Under the pieces are notes generated by a model that saw nothing but the letters and a program-made list of their open reading frames with translations, did no database searches and was not told where the DNA came from. A DNA stretch of 35,582 bases from a virus: positions 1-35,582 of IMG/VR virus record IMGVR_UViG_3300009702_000010; one strand, written 5' to 3'. Positions within the stretch are counted from its first letter, which is position 1, and each line of letters opens with the position of its first letter. The translations under genes were made by a program, and so were the position numbers. Below are positions 24,366 through 33,678 of the stretch, one piece after another.

Positions 24366-25378
24366 ATGTCATTTTGGGATAGTCTGACCGGGCAGAATCA
24401 CTACAACATCCAATCGCCGACATTGGCAAAGCCAAGCTCTGACATCGCCACCGCTGGCAATTCCAGAGCACAGCAGCAGTCGCTATCGGATGCTCTGCGC
24501 GCGGCATCACGTGGGCAGGGTCCTAGCGTTGCCGACGAGGAGCTCCGACGCGCGCAGCAGCAGGCCATGATGAACGCCAAGAGCATGGCAGCCGGCGCAT
24601 CGGGATCCACAGCAGGGTTGGCGCAGCGCAACGCCATGTTTGCCGGAGCCCAATCGGCACAGGCAGCAGGCTCCGCTGCCGCGTTGGCGCGCGCGCAGAA
24701 GCGCAGAAGGCACAGGCGCTGCTAGCACAGAATCTCCAGTCCCAGCGTGCGGGAGATATCCAGGGCCGGCAGATGACGGACCAAGAGAACCAGGCGTTGA
24801 TGAACGCACAACTCCAGACAGACAGACTCCGCTACCAGCAGAGCGCAGCTAACAGCGCCGGTACGCAGAACTTCTACGGCGGGCTCATGGCGGCAGGCGG
24901 AACCATGCTTACCATGAGCGACATCCGCAGCAAGGAGGACATCCAGTCATCGGATCGTGAGCTCAAGGACAAGCTCGACGCAGCCAGCCAGCGCACAATT
25001 GCTGGACTGCGATCCGAAGCTGCTCTGCCCAATGAGCCTGCGCACACTGCACGCTTCGACACCATGAGCCCGGATGAGAGCCGGAGAGCTCTGGATCCGC
25101 TAGATGCGTATACCTACCGCTATCGGGAGCCGGACGCGGCCCGGATGGCAGAGCGATTCCCGCCGGAGGGCCAGGTCGAGGCGTTTGCGGACTACCGCAG
25201 CCCGCGCACCGGCGTCATGGCGCAGGACCTCGAGCAATCCCCCGAGGGACGCCAGGTGGTCGTCGACACACCGCACGGCAAGGGCCTGGACCAGGAGCGG
25301 GCGCTATCGTTCGCGTTGGCCTCGAATGCAGCGCTGAACAAGCGGATCGAGGCGCTGGAGAACAAGCAGGGGCGCTGA
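24366..25378 (+). pseudogene. tail fibre/spike-like gene with C-terminal S74-type intramolecular chaperone domain, split by an 8-bp tandem duplication
   Basis: Track ORFs 24366..24725 (frame 0) and 24773..25378 (frame 2) are parts of one gene. GCGCAGAA is duplicated at 24693-24700 and 24701-24708. Removing one copy leaves 1005 nt, 335 codons, reading ...ALARAQKAQALLAQNLQ... The S74 signature is TMSDIRSKEDI ... GVMAQDLEQ ... NKRIEALENK. Confidence 0.7.
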
Positions 25379-27279
25379 TGGCATTTGATCCAGACATGCA
25401 GCGGCAGGCTGCGCAGATCGCGATCTCCACGATGGACCCCGAGGCCAAACGTGCGGCTTTGGCTGAGCTCACAAACCCCAATGCAGGTCCGGCCCCCCCC
25501 ACCGACGTGGACAGCGGAGCAGTGGCGGGCCCTGGCGGCGGAGAGCCAAGCCTTGGGCTAGTCGCTGCCATGAATCAGCAAGACACGGCCGCTGCCGCTC
25601 GACGATTCGCGGAGCAGGAAGGGGCATCGCTGACTCATGCTCCCGTCCATTCGGATGGTGCGCCTGGTGCGCCTGGCGTGCCGAACAAGTTCACGGTCCA
25701 ACCAGGGAGCCGCCAACCCGCGGCTGCCGGCGCCGATGGACGACCGCCTAACATCGATCCTTCGCTGCTCTTGGGGGCCGGCGGTAGTCAGGGTCCAGGT
25801 GCAGCGCACGCAGGACCACCGCCTATTTCGTTTGCGCCAGCGCGCTACGGGACAGTGGGCACCAACACGTTCCAGCCTGCGGCGCGTGCGACGACGGACG
25901 TCACCAAGCCTGGGCTGCAGGTGCAGCCCGAGGATCTAGAGAACCTGGACAATGCTCGTGACCAGCTCGACGCGGCGCGATCGGGGCTGACGCAGGCACA
26001 GACGACAGCTCGCAAAGGCGAGCAGCAAGCGCAAGCAGAGGCGGAAGCCAAGCAGGCGGACTACAGATACGACCTGGAGCGCGCGAAGCAGGAGCGGAGC
26101 TCCCGACTCGACGCGCAGCTCGCCAAGAGCCAGCAGGCGCTCACGGACTACCAGCACGCATCGGAGATCGATCCAGACCACTATTGGGCAAACAAGTCCA
26201 CTGGGGGGAAGATCGCCGCGCTCCTCGGCGTGGCTCTCTCGGGACTCGGCATGACGGCCGCCGGGCAGCCTGGGAAGAATCCGGCGATGGACCAGATCAA
26301 CGCCGAGATCCAACGCGACATCGCAGCACAACGCGCCAATCTCGCAAAGAAGGGCAAGGATCTGGAAGCCCAGAACTCGATGTTAGGGATCGCACGCGGC
26401 ATATCAGATCGCGCGGACGCTCAAGACGCATGGGCTACGCAGGCAGCCATCAAGAATGTGCAGCAAGAGCTCACGAGGCAGGTCGACCGCGCCAACAACC
26501 CGGTGGTCGCCGCCAAAGCGCAAGTGCTCCAGCAGCAGCTCGAGGAACAGCGCGCAGAGGCGCAGCTCAAGCTCGGTGCTGCGATGCAAGACGAGACGAC
26601 GACAAGCTCGACGACACAGGAGCGGTTCGATCGCAAGCGTACCGTTGCCAGTGGAGGCGGACTCTCGGATCCGTGGCTGCGAGTGTTCCACGGTGCCAAG
26701 CGTATGGGACTGAACAATGATCAAGCGCAGCAGTATGCAGACCGCTATGTGCCCAACCATGCGCTAGGCGGGGCCGCTGGCGCTGCCGGCGGAGTACTAT
26801 CGCCCCTGGAAAAGGAACTGGGCATTTCCAAGCCAGTGTCTTCGCGATCTGGCGTTGGCGCACAGATCCGAGACGCCAACAAGGACATGGCGAGCGGCGC
26901 AGCGTTGTACAACCTCAACGAGGAGTGGAAGCGGGCCGAGCATGATGCCAATGATCATTATTGGGACAGGTCCAAGGCAATAAAGGCAAAGCGCCTCAAG
27001 GAAGAGGCAGCGGCGCTCTATGCGCGCACAGTGATTGGCTCATCGGATCAGGAATCGCAGAAGGCCGCGGCTGAGCACTATCCGGATGCTGGATTCGGCA
27101 ACGCGACACTCGGGAGCACGATTGACAGTTCCGCAGAGGCGACAAATCAGCGCATCCTTGGTGTGATCAATGGCCATCGATCAACGCTGAAACTGAAGCC
27201 GTGGAACATGACCGATTTGAACAAACACGCCGCGCAGGTGCAGCTGTCGGCTAGCTTCGTAGAGGACAAGAAAGAATAG
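25378..27279 (+). CDS. internal virion / ejection-type protein, 633 aa
   Basis: The ATG shares one nt with the upstream TGA. The N-terminal third is Pro/Gly/Ala-rich. A long Gln/Ala/Glu helical region follows, with one hydrophobic segment (GGKIAALLGVALSGLGMTAAG). Confidence 0.7.
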   Translation: MAFDPDMQRQAAQIAISTMDPEAKRAALAELTNPNAGPAPPTDVDSGAVAGPGGGEPSLGLVAAMNQQDTAAAARRFAEQEGASLTHAPVHSDGAPGAPGVPNKFTVQPGSRQPAAAGADGRPPNIDPSLLLGAGGSQGPGAAHAGPPPISFAPARYGTVGTNTFQPAARATTDVTKPGLQVQPEDLENLDNARDQLDAARSGLTQAQTTARKGEQQAQAEAEAKQADYRYDLERAKQERSSRLDAQLAKSQQALTDYQHASEIDPDHYWANKSTGGKIAALLGVALSGLGMTAAGQPGKNPAMDQINAEIQRDIAAQRANLAKKGKDLEAQNSMLGIARGISDRADAQDAWATQAAIKNVQQELTRQVDRANNPVVAAKAQVLQQQLEEQRAEAQLKLGAAMQDETTTSSTTQERFDRKRTVASGGGLSDPWLRVFHGAKRMGLNNDQAQQYADRYVPNHALGGAAGAAGGVLSPLEKELGISKPVSSRSGVGAQIRDANKDMASGAALYNLNEEWKRAEHDANDHYWDRSKAIKAKRLKEEAAALYARTVIGSSDQESQKAAAEHYPDAGFGNATLGSTIDSSAEATNQRILGVINGHRSTLKLKPWNMTDLNKHAAQVQLSASFVEDKKE

Positions 27280-27280
27280 C

Positions 27281-29974
27281 GTGGTCTGGGTTTTCAATTC
27301 CAAGGGCGAGGCCGTCAGCGACGTTGCGCCCGAGCATCTTGCGGAAGCGATGCGCACTGGTCTACGTCCTCGGGCGGCAGACAGGATCGCTGTCAGTATC
27401 GGCGACCAGAAGGGCACGATCGCGGCTAGCGACCTGCCAGCGCTGGCATCCAGTGGAGGTCGCGTCCGCACTGCCCAGGAGTTGCAGCACGAGGCGAACG
27501 AGGCCCAGTTCGGCGGAATAGGGCAGACAGCGTTAGCAGGAGTCGAGGGAGCAGCACGAGGCGCCTCCATTGGGCTGTCGGACGTGCTGCTCGGACAAGC
27601 GCTCGGCAAACAGTATGCGCGGGAGGCTGCGCTACGCCGCGATATCAACCCGTATGCGGCTGGTGCGGGCGAGGTCATCGGGACGGTCGCACCGATGCTC
27701 ATCGGCGACGAGGCTGGCGCCGCCAACGTGGCCAAGGGCGCCGGAGAGCTCGGAGAGGCCGCCAGGGGCGCGAGCGCATTGTCTCGTGGGCTGAGGGGCG
27801 GCGAGACGGTCGCTCGCACTATCGGCGCACCTGTCCGAGCTACCAGTGCTCTGGGCCGCGGCGTCGAGGGCCTAGTGGGGTCCGGACTCGAGCGAGTCGG
27901 GCTGACGGGGGAGAGCATTGCCGGGCGGGCGGCAAAGCGTGGTCTGGAGCTTGCCGCGGGCCAGACGACGGAGGGCGCAGTCTACGGAGCCGGGCAGGCA
28001 CTGAGCGAGGCAGCGCTCGCGCCAGACGATGACTACCAAGGCCTCGGCGAGAAGCTCCTCGTCGGCATGAAGCAGGGAGCCATCACTGGGGCATTGGCCG
28101 GAGGCACCCTCGGCGCACTCGGGGGAGCATCGTCGGCAGCCGTTGACCGCGGAGTGCAACTCCTCTCGGGTGCAGACGGACTCAAGGCGACCCTACAGAA
28201 GTTCGCCGCTGGCCGCACCGCCAAGGCGATCGGATTTCGCGGCACCGACCTTCGCAAGCTCGGGCACAATGCCGGCAGCGCCGAGGCCAAGCTGCAGACA
28301 ATGGCCCGCGATGTACTCGACTACACGCTGGACGACGGAACCAAGCTGTTCCGCGCTCGAGACAAAGCCAGCGATATCGTCGATCGTGTCGAGCGCGCGC
28401 GATCCGAGGTCGGAGAAAAGCTAGGCGCATTCCGCGAGGAGGTCGGCAAATTCAACGCGGCACATCCGGAGTTTCACCCGGATAGCGAGGCGCTCTACAA
28501 GCAGATCGACTCCGAGGTGCTGGAACCGTTGCGCAGTAGCGATGTTGCTGACGTGCGGAAACTCGCGACAAAGGTGGCCCGTAACGTCGAAGACCTCAGA
28601 CCGAAGCTCAGATATGACGATGGCTCGTTGGTCCCCGCAGCGAAGATCGACAAGGCAATAGCGGACGGCTCGGGCCACATGACGCCGGAGTCGTTCGACC
28701 TGGATCGGCTGACCCAGATGCGTGTCGATCTGGATGCGATCATCCACCCCAAACAAGTCAACCCGGGGTTGCCGTCACAACCGAGCGCCAAGCTCGCAGA
28801 ACTGGAGAAGACGCGCGCTATCGTCGAGCATCAGATAGAGCAGACTACCGAGTCGACAACGGCGGCGATGGGTGACCCGACGCATACGTTAGACCGATAC
28901 CTCGAGCTCAAGCATCAATATGGCTCATTCAAGACGGCATCGCAGGTTAGCGGGAAGGCTAGCCTACAGGACCTCGGCAATAGGTATCTGTCGCCTAGCG
29001 ACTACGGCACAGGAGCAGTGGCGGCTCAGACCGGGATAATCGGTGCAGCGCTGCATGGAGGAGTTGCAGGAGCTGTGCATGCAGGACCGGTGGGACTCGC
29101 GATCGGCGTCGGAGCAGCTATCGCGCACAAGGTCGTGCGCGAGCGCGGAGCCTCGGTGCTGGCAGTGCTGGCAGATCGTGCTGCGCGCAGCGACATGCAG
29201 ATTTCGAGCGCGGTCCGCGAGTTCTTCAAGCCGGCCGGCGTGGCGCGTCGTTCGATCACCGCAGCCCGCAAGGCCGCGAATGCCGAGCTCGCTCGCAGCG
29301 CGGTACGATCGGAGACTGATATCGCCCTGCAGCGCAAGCAGAACGAGACCCGCCAGCAGGCATATTACGCGATGCTCGCCAAAATCTCGAAGGCCCGCAC
29401 GCTGGCGCAGCAAGGCGCGCTGCATAACGCCGCGGTGCCGCGATCTAGCGCTGCCGCAAATGGGACGCTTGCGCGCGCCACGCAATACCTGCTCGACGCT
29501 GCACCAGCGCAGCCGACGCACGATCCGACCGCTCTGCTGACGGGACGCGCCAAGCCGCACCCAGACCCGGTAGCGTTGGCGCGTTGGGCGCGCAAGGTCG
29601 CTGCCATCGATCACCCTATCGTGGAGCTCTCGCATGCGCTGCATGCTGGCACATTGACCAAGGATCAGGTCGACGCTGTGCGACAGACCTACCCGGCGAT
29701 CTATGACCAGTTCAGGGGGCAGGTCGCGCGTCAGATCGGCAAGCTCAAGCACCCGATGCCTTACGTCAAGCGCGTACAGCTCGGGCTATTGCTGCAATTG
29801 CCCACCGATCCGAGCCTCGAGCCCGCCGCAATCGCCATGGCGCAACAGGCCTATCAGCGCCCCGAACCCGGTGCCACGACTCCACCGCTGAGCGCCGGCA
29901 AACCCATCCCGATCAAACAGATCGGACAGCATGCTATGACAGCCACTAGCCGACTGCAGGCCGGCCGCATCTAG
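27281..29974 (+). CDS. internal virion / ejection-type protein, 897 aa
   Basis: GTG lies 2 nt after the upstream TAG. It has Gly/Ala-rich hydrophobic segments (e.g. GAVAAQTGIIGAALHGGVAGAVHAGPVGLAIGVGAAIAH). No catalytic motif recognised. Confidence 0.7.
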   Translation: MVWVFNSKGEAVSDVAPEHLAEAMRTGLRPRAADRIAVSIGDQKGTIAASDLPALASSGGRVRTAQELQHEANEAQFGGIGQTALAGVEGAARGASIGLSDVLLGQALGKQYAREAALRRDINPYAAGAGEVIGTVAPMLIGDEAGAANVAKGAGELGEAARGASALSRGLRGGETVARTIGAPVRATSALGRGVEGLVGSGLERVGLTGESIAGRAAKRGLELAAGQTTEGAVYGAGQALSEAALAPDDDYQGLGEKLLVGMKQGAITGALAGGTLGALGGASSAAVDRGVQLLSGADGLKATLQKFAAGRTAKAIGFRGTDLRKLGHNAGSAEAKLQTMARDVLDYTLDDGTKLFRARDKASDIVDRVERARSEVGEKLGAFREEVGKFNAAHPEFHPDSEALYKQIDSEVLEPLRSSDVADVRKLATKVARNVEDLRPKLRYDDGSLVPAAKIDKAIADGSGHMTPESFDLDRLTQMRVDLDAIIHPKQVNPGLPSQPSAKLAELEKTRAIVEHQIEQTTESTTAAMGDPTHTLDRYLELKHQYGSFKTASQVSGKASLQDLGNRYLSPSDYGTGAVAAQTGIIGAALHGGVAGAVHAGPVGLAIGVGAAIAHKVVRERGASVLAVLADRAARSDMQISSAVREFFKPAGVARRSITAARKAANAELARSAVRSETDIALQRKQNETRQQAYYAMLAKISKARTLAQQGALHNAAVPRSSAAANGTLARATQYLLDAAPAQPTHDPTALLTGRAKPHPDPVALARWARKVAAIDHPIVELSHALHAGTLTKDQVDAVRQTYPAIYDQFRGQVARQIGKLKHPMPYVKRVQLGLLLQLPTDPSLEPAAIAMAQQAYQRPEPGATTPPLSAGKPIPIKQIGQHAMTATSRLQAGRI

Positions 29975-29985
29975 GAGATACCACC

Positions 29986-30282
29986 ATGACGACGCCCGCC
30001 TCCACCGCACTCTATTCCTCGCCGCATTGGGACGTCATCGCCGACGCCAGTACAGCGGACTACGACATCGTGGCGAATGATCCGATGGTGTCGGTCGCCA
30101 TGCAGAAGGGCCGGCTGTGCCGCGAGATTACCGTACTGGGCAGCGGCGACCTCGAAGTGACGCGCGCCGACGGAACCAACAAGACGTTCTCCGGCTTGCA
30201 AGCGGGTGCGGTGCTGCCAATTGCTGCCGCTGCAATCGTGGCAACGGGGTCTACCGCCACGAACGTCATCGTTAGCTGGTGA
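29986..30282 (+). CDS. hypothetical virion protein, 98 aa
   Basis: AGGAGA lies 7 nt upstream of the ATG. Confidence 0.65.
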   Translation: MTTPASTALYSSPHWDVIADASTADYDIVANDPMVSVAMQKGRLCREITVLGSGDLEVTRADGTNKTFSGLQAGAVLPIAAAAIVATGSTATNVIVSW

Positions 30283-30286
30283 TCTG

Positions 30287-31051
30287 ATGCCCGGCATCTG
30301 GACAGGTATTCCTGGGTCCCGACGCGCTAGCGCTGCCGCGTTGGCGCGGCTGAACCTCCCGCATGTCGCGGCCCTGTTCATGCCGGGATTGGCGAGCGAG
30401 AGCACCGACGCTGGGCCGCCGGCGAAAATCAGCCAGCTTGTGAATCCCTATTACGTGGCAGCCGATCCGATCAAGGGATTGATCCAGACCATCGACCAGA
30501 GCACATTTTCAAACATGCCTGAGCAGGATCTCGTCGGCTGGGGCAGCGGCAAGGAAACGATGCTGGGTAGTCGCCCCGGCCACTACCACATGGACGGTAC
30601 GATGAGTGCTGCGCTCACTCCGCCGTTCGGTGTTGCGCTGGTCCTCAATGCTACTGCAGGCACCGGAACAACTCGTAGGATTGTCACATCTACAGTCACA
30701 TCGACCGGTCCGTATTTTAACGCTAGCGACAACTTCACTTATTATGATAGTGGCGGCAAGGTTGTATCTGATGCCCCCATGTCGGCAGGCCACCATATTC
30801 TTATGGTGCTGGTCGACGGGACGAATGCAAGCGCGTGGATCGATGGTGTTGCGCAAACGCCGAAGGCACTTGGATCGCCAGCGAATTTGGGGCCTGGTCT
30901 ACAGATATTGGCCAACGCCAGTGGCGTAGGCAGCTTCTACGACTCGCTCATCCAGAGCATCCTGCTCTACGACGGCGACTGGACGGTGGACGGTACGCGC
31001 GCGAGTATCGAGGCCAGCCTCGACGCTCTAGCCGGCGGAGGCATACTCTGA
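30287..31051 (+). CDS. LamG/ConA-like lectin-fold protein (candidate receptor-binding protein), 254 aa
   Basis: Start at ATG 30287 (MPGIWTGIPG...). HILMVLVDGTNASAWIDGV...GVGSFYDSLIQSILLYDGDWT resembles the Laminin_G_3 signature. GC looks lower by eye. Confidence 0.55.
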   Translation: MPGIWTGIPGSRRASAAALARLNLPHVAALFMPGLASESTDAGPPAKISQLVNPYYVAADPIKGLIQTIDQSTFSNMPEQDLVGWGSGKETMLGSRPGHYHMDGTMSAALTPPFGVALVLNATAGTGTTRRIVTSTVTSTGPYFNASDNFTYYDSGGKVVSDAPMSAGHHILMVLVDGTNASAWIDGVAQTPKALGSPANLGPGLQILANASGVGSFYDSLIQSILLYDGDWTVDGTRASIEASLDALAGGGIL

Positions 31052-31479
31052 TGGCACGCAAATTCCTGGTCGTCACGCGCAAGCAGGCGCCGGCACTTCA
31101 GCGCGTGCTCGCGGTGCTCTACGACCTTCCGCGCAAGGTCAGCCACCTTGGCGTTGGTGCGGTCGTTGATGCGAACCCAGGAGACGGCAGGCGCGGACGC
31201 TGCTGGATCACGCGCGCCCAACACTTCTACAGACATCCGGCGAACACCGGCGCCAAGACCGACCAGTTTGCGATCGAGGTAACCGACGAGCTGAAAGCGC
31301 TCTGGCGGGCCAAGAGGTCTGTCTTCAAACCGGTCGTGCTAAGGACGATCGAAGCACAGGTCACGAGCGCCAAAGCCCTGTCGACGGCATGGCATACGAC
31401 AGATCCGGAGACTGGCACCGCCTACCTCGACAGCTCCGAGGACGTCATTCCGGACGCTAAGAGGGGCGTGATAGCTTGA
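31051..31479 (+). CDS. hypothetical protein, 142 aa
   Basis: ATG 31051 (MARKFLVVTRKQ...) shares one nt with the upstream TGA. Confidence 0.6.
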   Translation: MARKFLVVTRKQAPALQRVLAVLYDLPRKVSHLGVGAVVDANPGDGRRGRCWITRAQHFYRHPANTGAKTDQFAIEVTDELKALWRAKRSVFKPVVLRTIEAQVTSAKALSTAWHTTDPETGTAYLDSSEDVIPDAKRGVIA

Positions 31480-31491
31480 ACCGAGGACACT

Positions 31492-32181
31492 ATGAGAGAA
31501 CTACTCAACACCGCCTATCTGTGGCTCGCTGGCATCCACCCGCTGTTGCCGTGGGCCTTGCTCGTCGGGGTCCCGTGCTTTGTGATCCCATGGGCGCTGC
31601 GGTCGTTCGCTCCGCACGCATGGGAGCGCATCCCGGCCCTCGTCGACAGGTCCGTGATGTTCGTGCACCTGCCGCTCAATGGCTTCGGCGCCGCCGCGCT
31701 CGCCAAGATCGCGCAGGGGATACCCTCCACTGTCATGGGCGCCGTTGCCGCCGCGCTCGCATTGGGGCTAGACCCTGGCGTAGCAGCGAAGGGAGCGTTC
31801 GCCGGAGCGATGGCGCCTCTGCTCCATGAGTTGCTCAAGGCCGTACCGTGGGTGCCGTACACCGGCGGTAGGTTCCCGGCGGCAGGTCGCGCGCTACCCG
31901 GAGGCCGCCCGAAGGTACCCATGGGTGGGTCTGGTACAGCACTGATGCTGCTGTGCGCCGGCATCGCGTGGTCGCATCTGGCCTGCTCACACCAGCAGCC
32001 CACCTGCACGCCGCGATCCCAGAGCGTGCGACTCCAGGCGCAATGTGATGCACAGCAGGCTGTGCTCATTGCACAGGGCGCGTGCGACGCCGCCCCCGAT
32101 GTGCAGCATTGCCCGGCGCTCCAAGGCCTTCGAGCCGCATGCGCGAAGGAGCAGAAGGCATGGGCGCACCAATGTCGCTAG
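31492..32181 (+). CDS. multi-pass membrane protein (holin candidate) with Cys-rich C-terminal part, 229 aa
   Basis: GAGGA lies 4 nt upstream. Hydrophobic segments are LLPWALLVGVPCFVIPWAL, GFGAAALAKIAQGIPSTVMGAVAAALALGL and TALMLLCAGIAWSHLA. It lies upstream of the endolysin. Confidence 0.6.
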   Translation: MRELLNTAYLWLAGIHPLLPWALLVGVPCFVIPWALRSFAPHAWERIPALVDRSVMFVHLPLNGFGAAALAKIAQGIPSTVMGAVAAALALGLDPGVAAKGAFAGAMAPLLHELLKAVPWVPYTGGRFPAAGRALPGGRPKVPMGGSGTALMLLCAGIAWSHLACSHQQPTCTPRSQSVRLQAQCDAQQAVLIAQGACDAAPDVQHCPALQGLRAACAKEQKAWAHQCR

Positions 32182-32378
32182 GAGCAGCCATCGCGAGCAT
32201 CGCCAAAGACGCGCTGCCGGCTGTCGTCGAGCTCGTGCGCGACATCGGCAACCATCCGCCGGCTGTGCAGGCCGCCATCGCAGAGCGCCTCGCCCTAGTC
32301 CTGGCCGAGGAGACGGCGAGTGACGTAGCGCTGAATCAGCTACTCGCTGCGCGAAAGGCGCGCCAGGCCGCCAAGTGA
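32160..32378 (+). CDS. hypothetical protein, 72 aa
   Basis: ATG 32160 has AGGAG 8 nt upstream. It overlaps the previous gene by 22 nt, and its stop overlaps the endolysin start (GTGA). Confidence 0.5.
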   Translation: MGAPMSLGAAIASIAKDALPAVVELVRDIGNHPPAVQAAIAERLALVLAEETASDVALNQLLAARKARQAAK

Positions 32379-33340
32379 CCCCGGACTGGTACCTCGCCAA
32401 GGCGCGCGCGTTTGCGCTCGCGTGGCAGCGTCGCTTCGGGCGATGGGCCACGGTCCATACCGTGACGCTCGGCTTGCTCTCTCCGCTGCTCGAGACGCGA
32501 TGCGGAGATTCCTGGCCAAACTCGAACAACTGGGGCGCCTGCACGCTGCGCAGACTCACGCAAGAGGAGCGCGCGGCCATCGCGGATGCTGGGCTCCGCG
32601 CTACCATCGGAGCAGACCACGCCACCGTCGCTGCACAGGCACAGGCGGCTATCGTAGCGGCTGGGCTACCGCTGCCGCAGGGTGTCATCCATTGCGACAG
32701 CACGACCGACTCGAATGGGACGCACGCCTATTTCGTCTGGTTCGCGACGTTCACGGCACCATGGCTTGGCGCTGACTACTGGCTCCGTATCGTCTGCGGC
32801 GCGCATGGCGCCCGCGGCGCCTGCCAGGTGCTCCGCGAGGCGCACTCGCAACCCGAGCAGCTCGCCGCCGCGATGTACCGCCAACGCTACTACTGGGGCA
32901 TGCACCCGCACGGCACCCCGGATGGAGACGCCGCCAACATCCGCGACTACGCCGCGGCCATGCGGCGGTTTCTGCCGGCCGTGACCCGCGCGTTGACAGG
33001 ATGGAGCCCGGACAAGCTCGCACCGTTGCCGCCGCCAGCGCCTCGCCTGCCTCTCTCGCGCGGAATGGTCGGCGATGACGTGCGCCACGTACAGCTCGTG
33101 GTCAGCGTCGATCCGGACGGAGCCTGGGGGCCGATGACTGACGCGGCGGTCTCTCGATGGCGCCGCGCTCATGCGCTGCCAGTTCCGCCGGTGCAATGGG
33201 ACGCGAATTGTGAGGCCGAGCTCGGCACTGTGCCTCCGGAGAGTGAGCCAGCGGCACCACGCCTCCGCCTGGTCGAGCTCCAGCCCGACTGGGCCGCCAT
33301 GCGCGCGGAGCGGGACGGCCAGCTACTGGAGACGCCATGA
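32375..33340 (+). CDS. putative endolysin: unassigned N-terminal domain plus C-terminal PG_binding_1 domain, 321 aa
   Basis: GDDVRHVQLVVSVDPDGAWGPMTDAAVSRWRRAHALP matches the peptidoglycan-binding repeat pattern (G..V..lQ..L...DG.fGp.T..AV..fq). The catalytic domain is not recognised. Confidence 0.7.
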   Translation: MTPDWYLAKARAFALAWQRRFGRWATVHTVTLGLLSPLLETRCGDSWPNSNNWGACTLRRLTQEERAAIADAGLRATIGADHATVAAQAQAAIVAAGLPLPQGVIHCDSTTDSNGTHAYFVWFATFTAPWLGADYWLRIVCGAHGARGACQVLREAHSQPEQLAAAMYRQRYYWGMHPHGTPDGDAANIRDYAAAMRRFLPAVTRALTGWSPDKLAPLPPPAPRLPLSRGMVGDDVRHVQLVVSVDPDGAWGPMTDAAVSRWRRAHALPVPPVQWDANCEAELGTVPPESEPAAPRLRLVELQPDWAAMRAERDGQLLETP

Positions 33341-33678
33341 TCGCAGACGATGAGCCCACAAATCCAGGCGGGCATGAGCCTCCCGAACCACCTACAGCAC
33401 GCGAGCGACTGCGCGACGAGCTCGCTGGATGGGCCCCGATCCCCGGCGCGCCCGCCTGGCAAAACGACAGCGACGAGCGGCAAGCCCGTCGATTCTCGCT
33501 GCTCGCCGAGGTGATCTCCGATCGTGACGCGGAGACCGAGCGTCACCTGCTCCAGGTAGAGGACGCAGTGGAGCAGATCGCCTGCCGCGTGGCCGACCTG
33601 GAGGCGCGCGTGGCCGACCTGGAGCACCCACATCCGCCGACCGACCCGGCCCCGGCGCCAACACACCACGATGGCTGA
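33337..33678 (+). CDS. hypothetical helical protein, 113 aa
   Basis: ATGA overlap with the endolysin stop. The N-terminus is acidic and Pro-rich, and there is a heptad-like VADLEARVADLE segment. Confidence 0.55.
   Translation: MIADDEPTNPGGHEPPEPPTARERLRDELAGWAPIPGAPAWQNDSDERQARRFSLLAEVISDRDAETERHLLQVEDAVEQIACRVADLEARVADLEHPHPPTDPAPAPTHHDG

Noticed and set aside
24690-24780. Programmed -1 ribosomal frameshift joining ORFs 24366..24725 and 24773..25378.
   Set aside because: There is no X-XXY-YYZ slippery heptamer or obvious downstream structure. The frame change is fully explained by the 8-bp tandem duplication at 24693-24708.
30287-31051. A diversity-generating retroelement targeting the LamG-like protein.
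   Set aside because: No reverse transcriptase gene is present in the genome, and I found no template/variable repeat pair near the gene.
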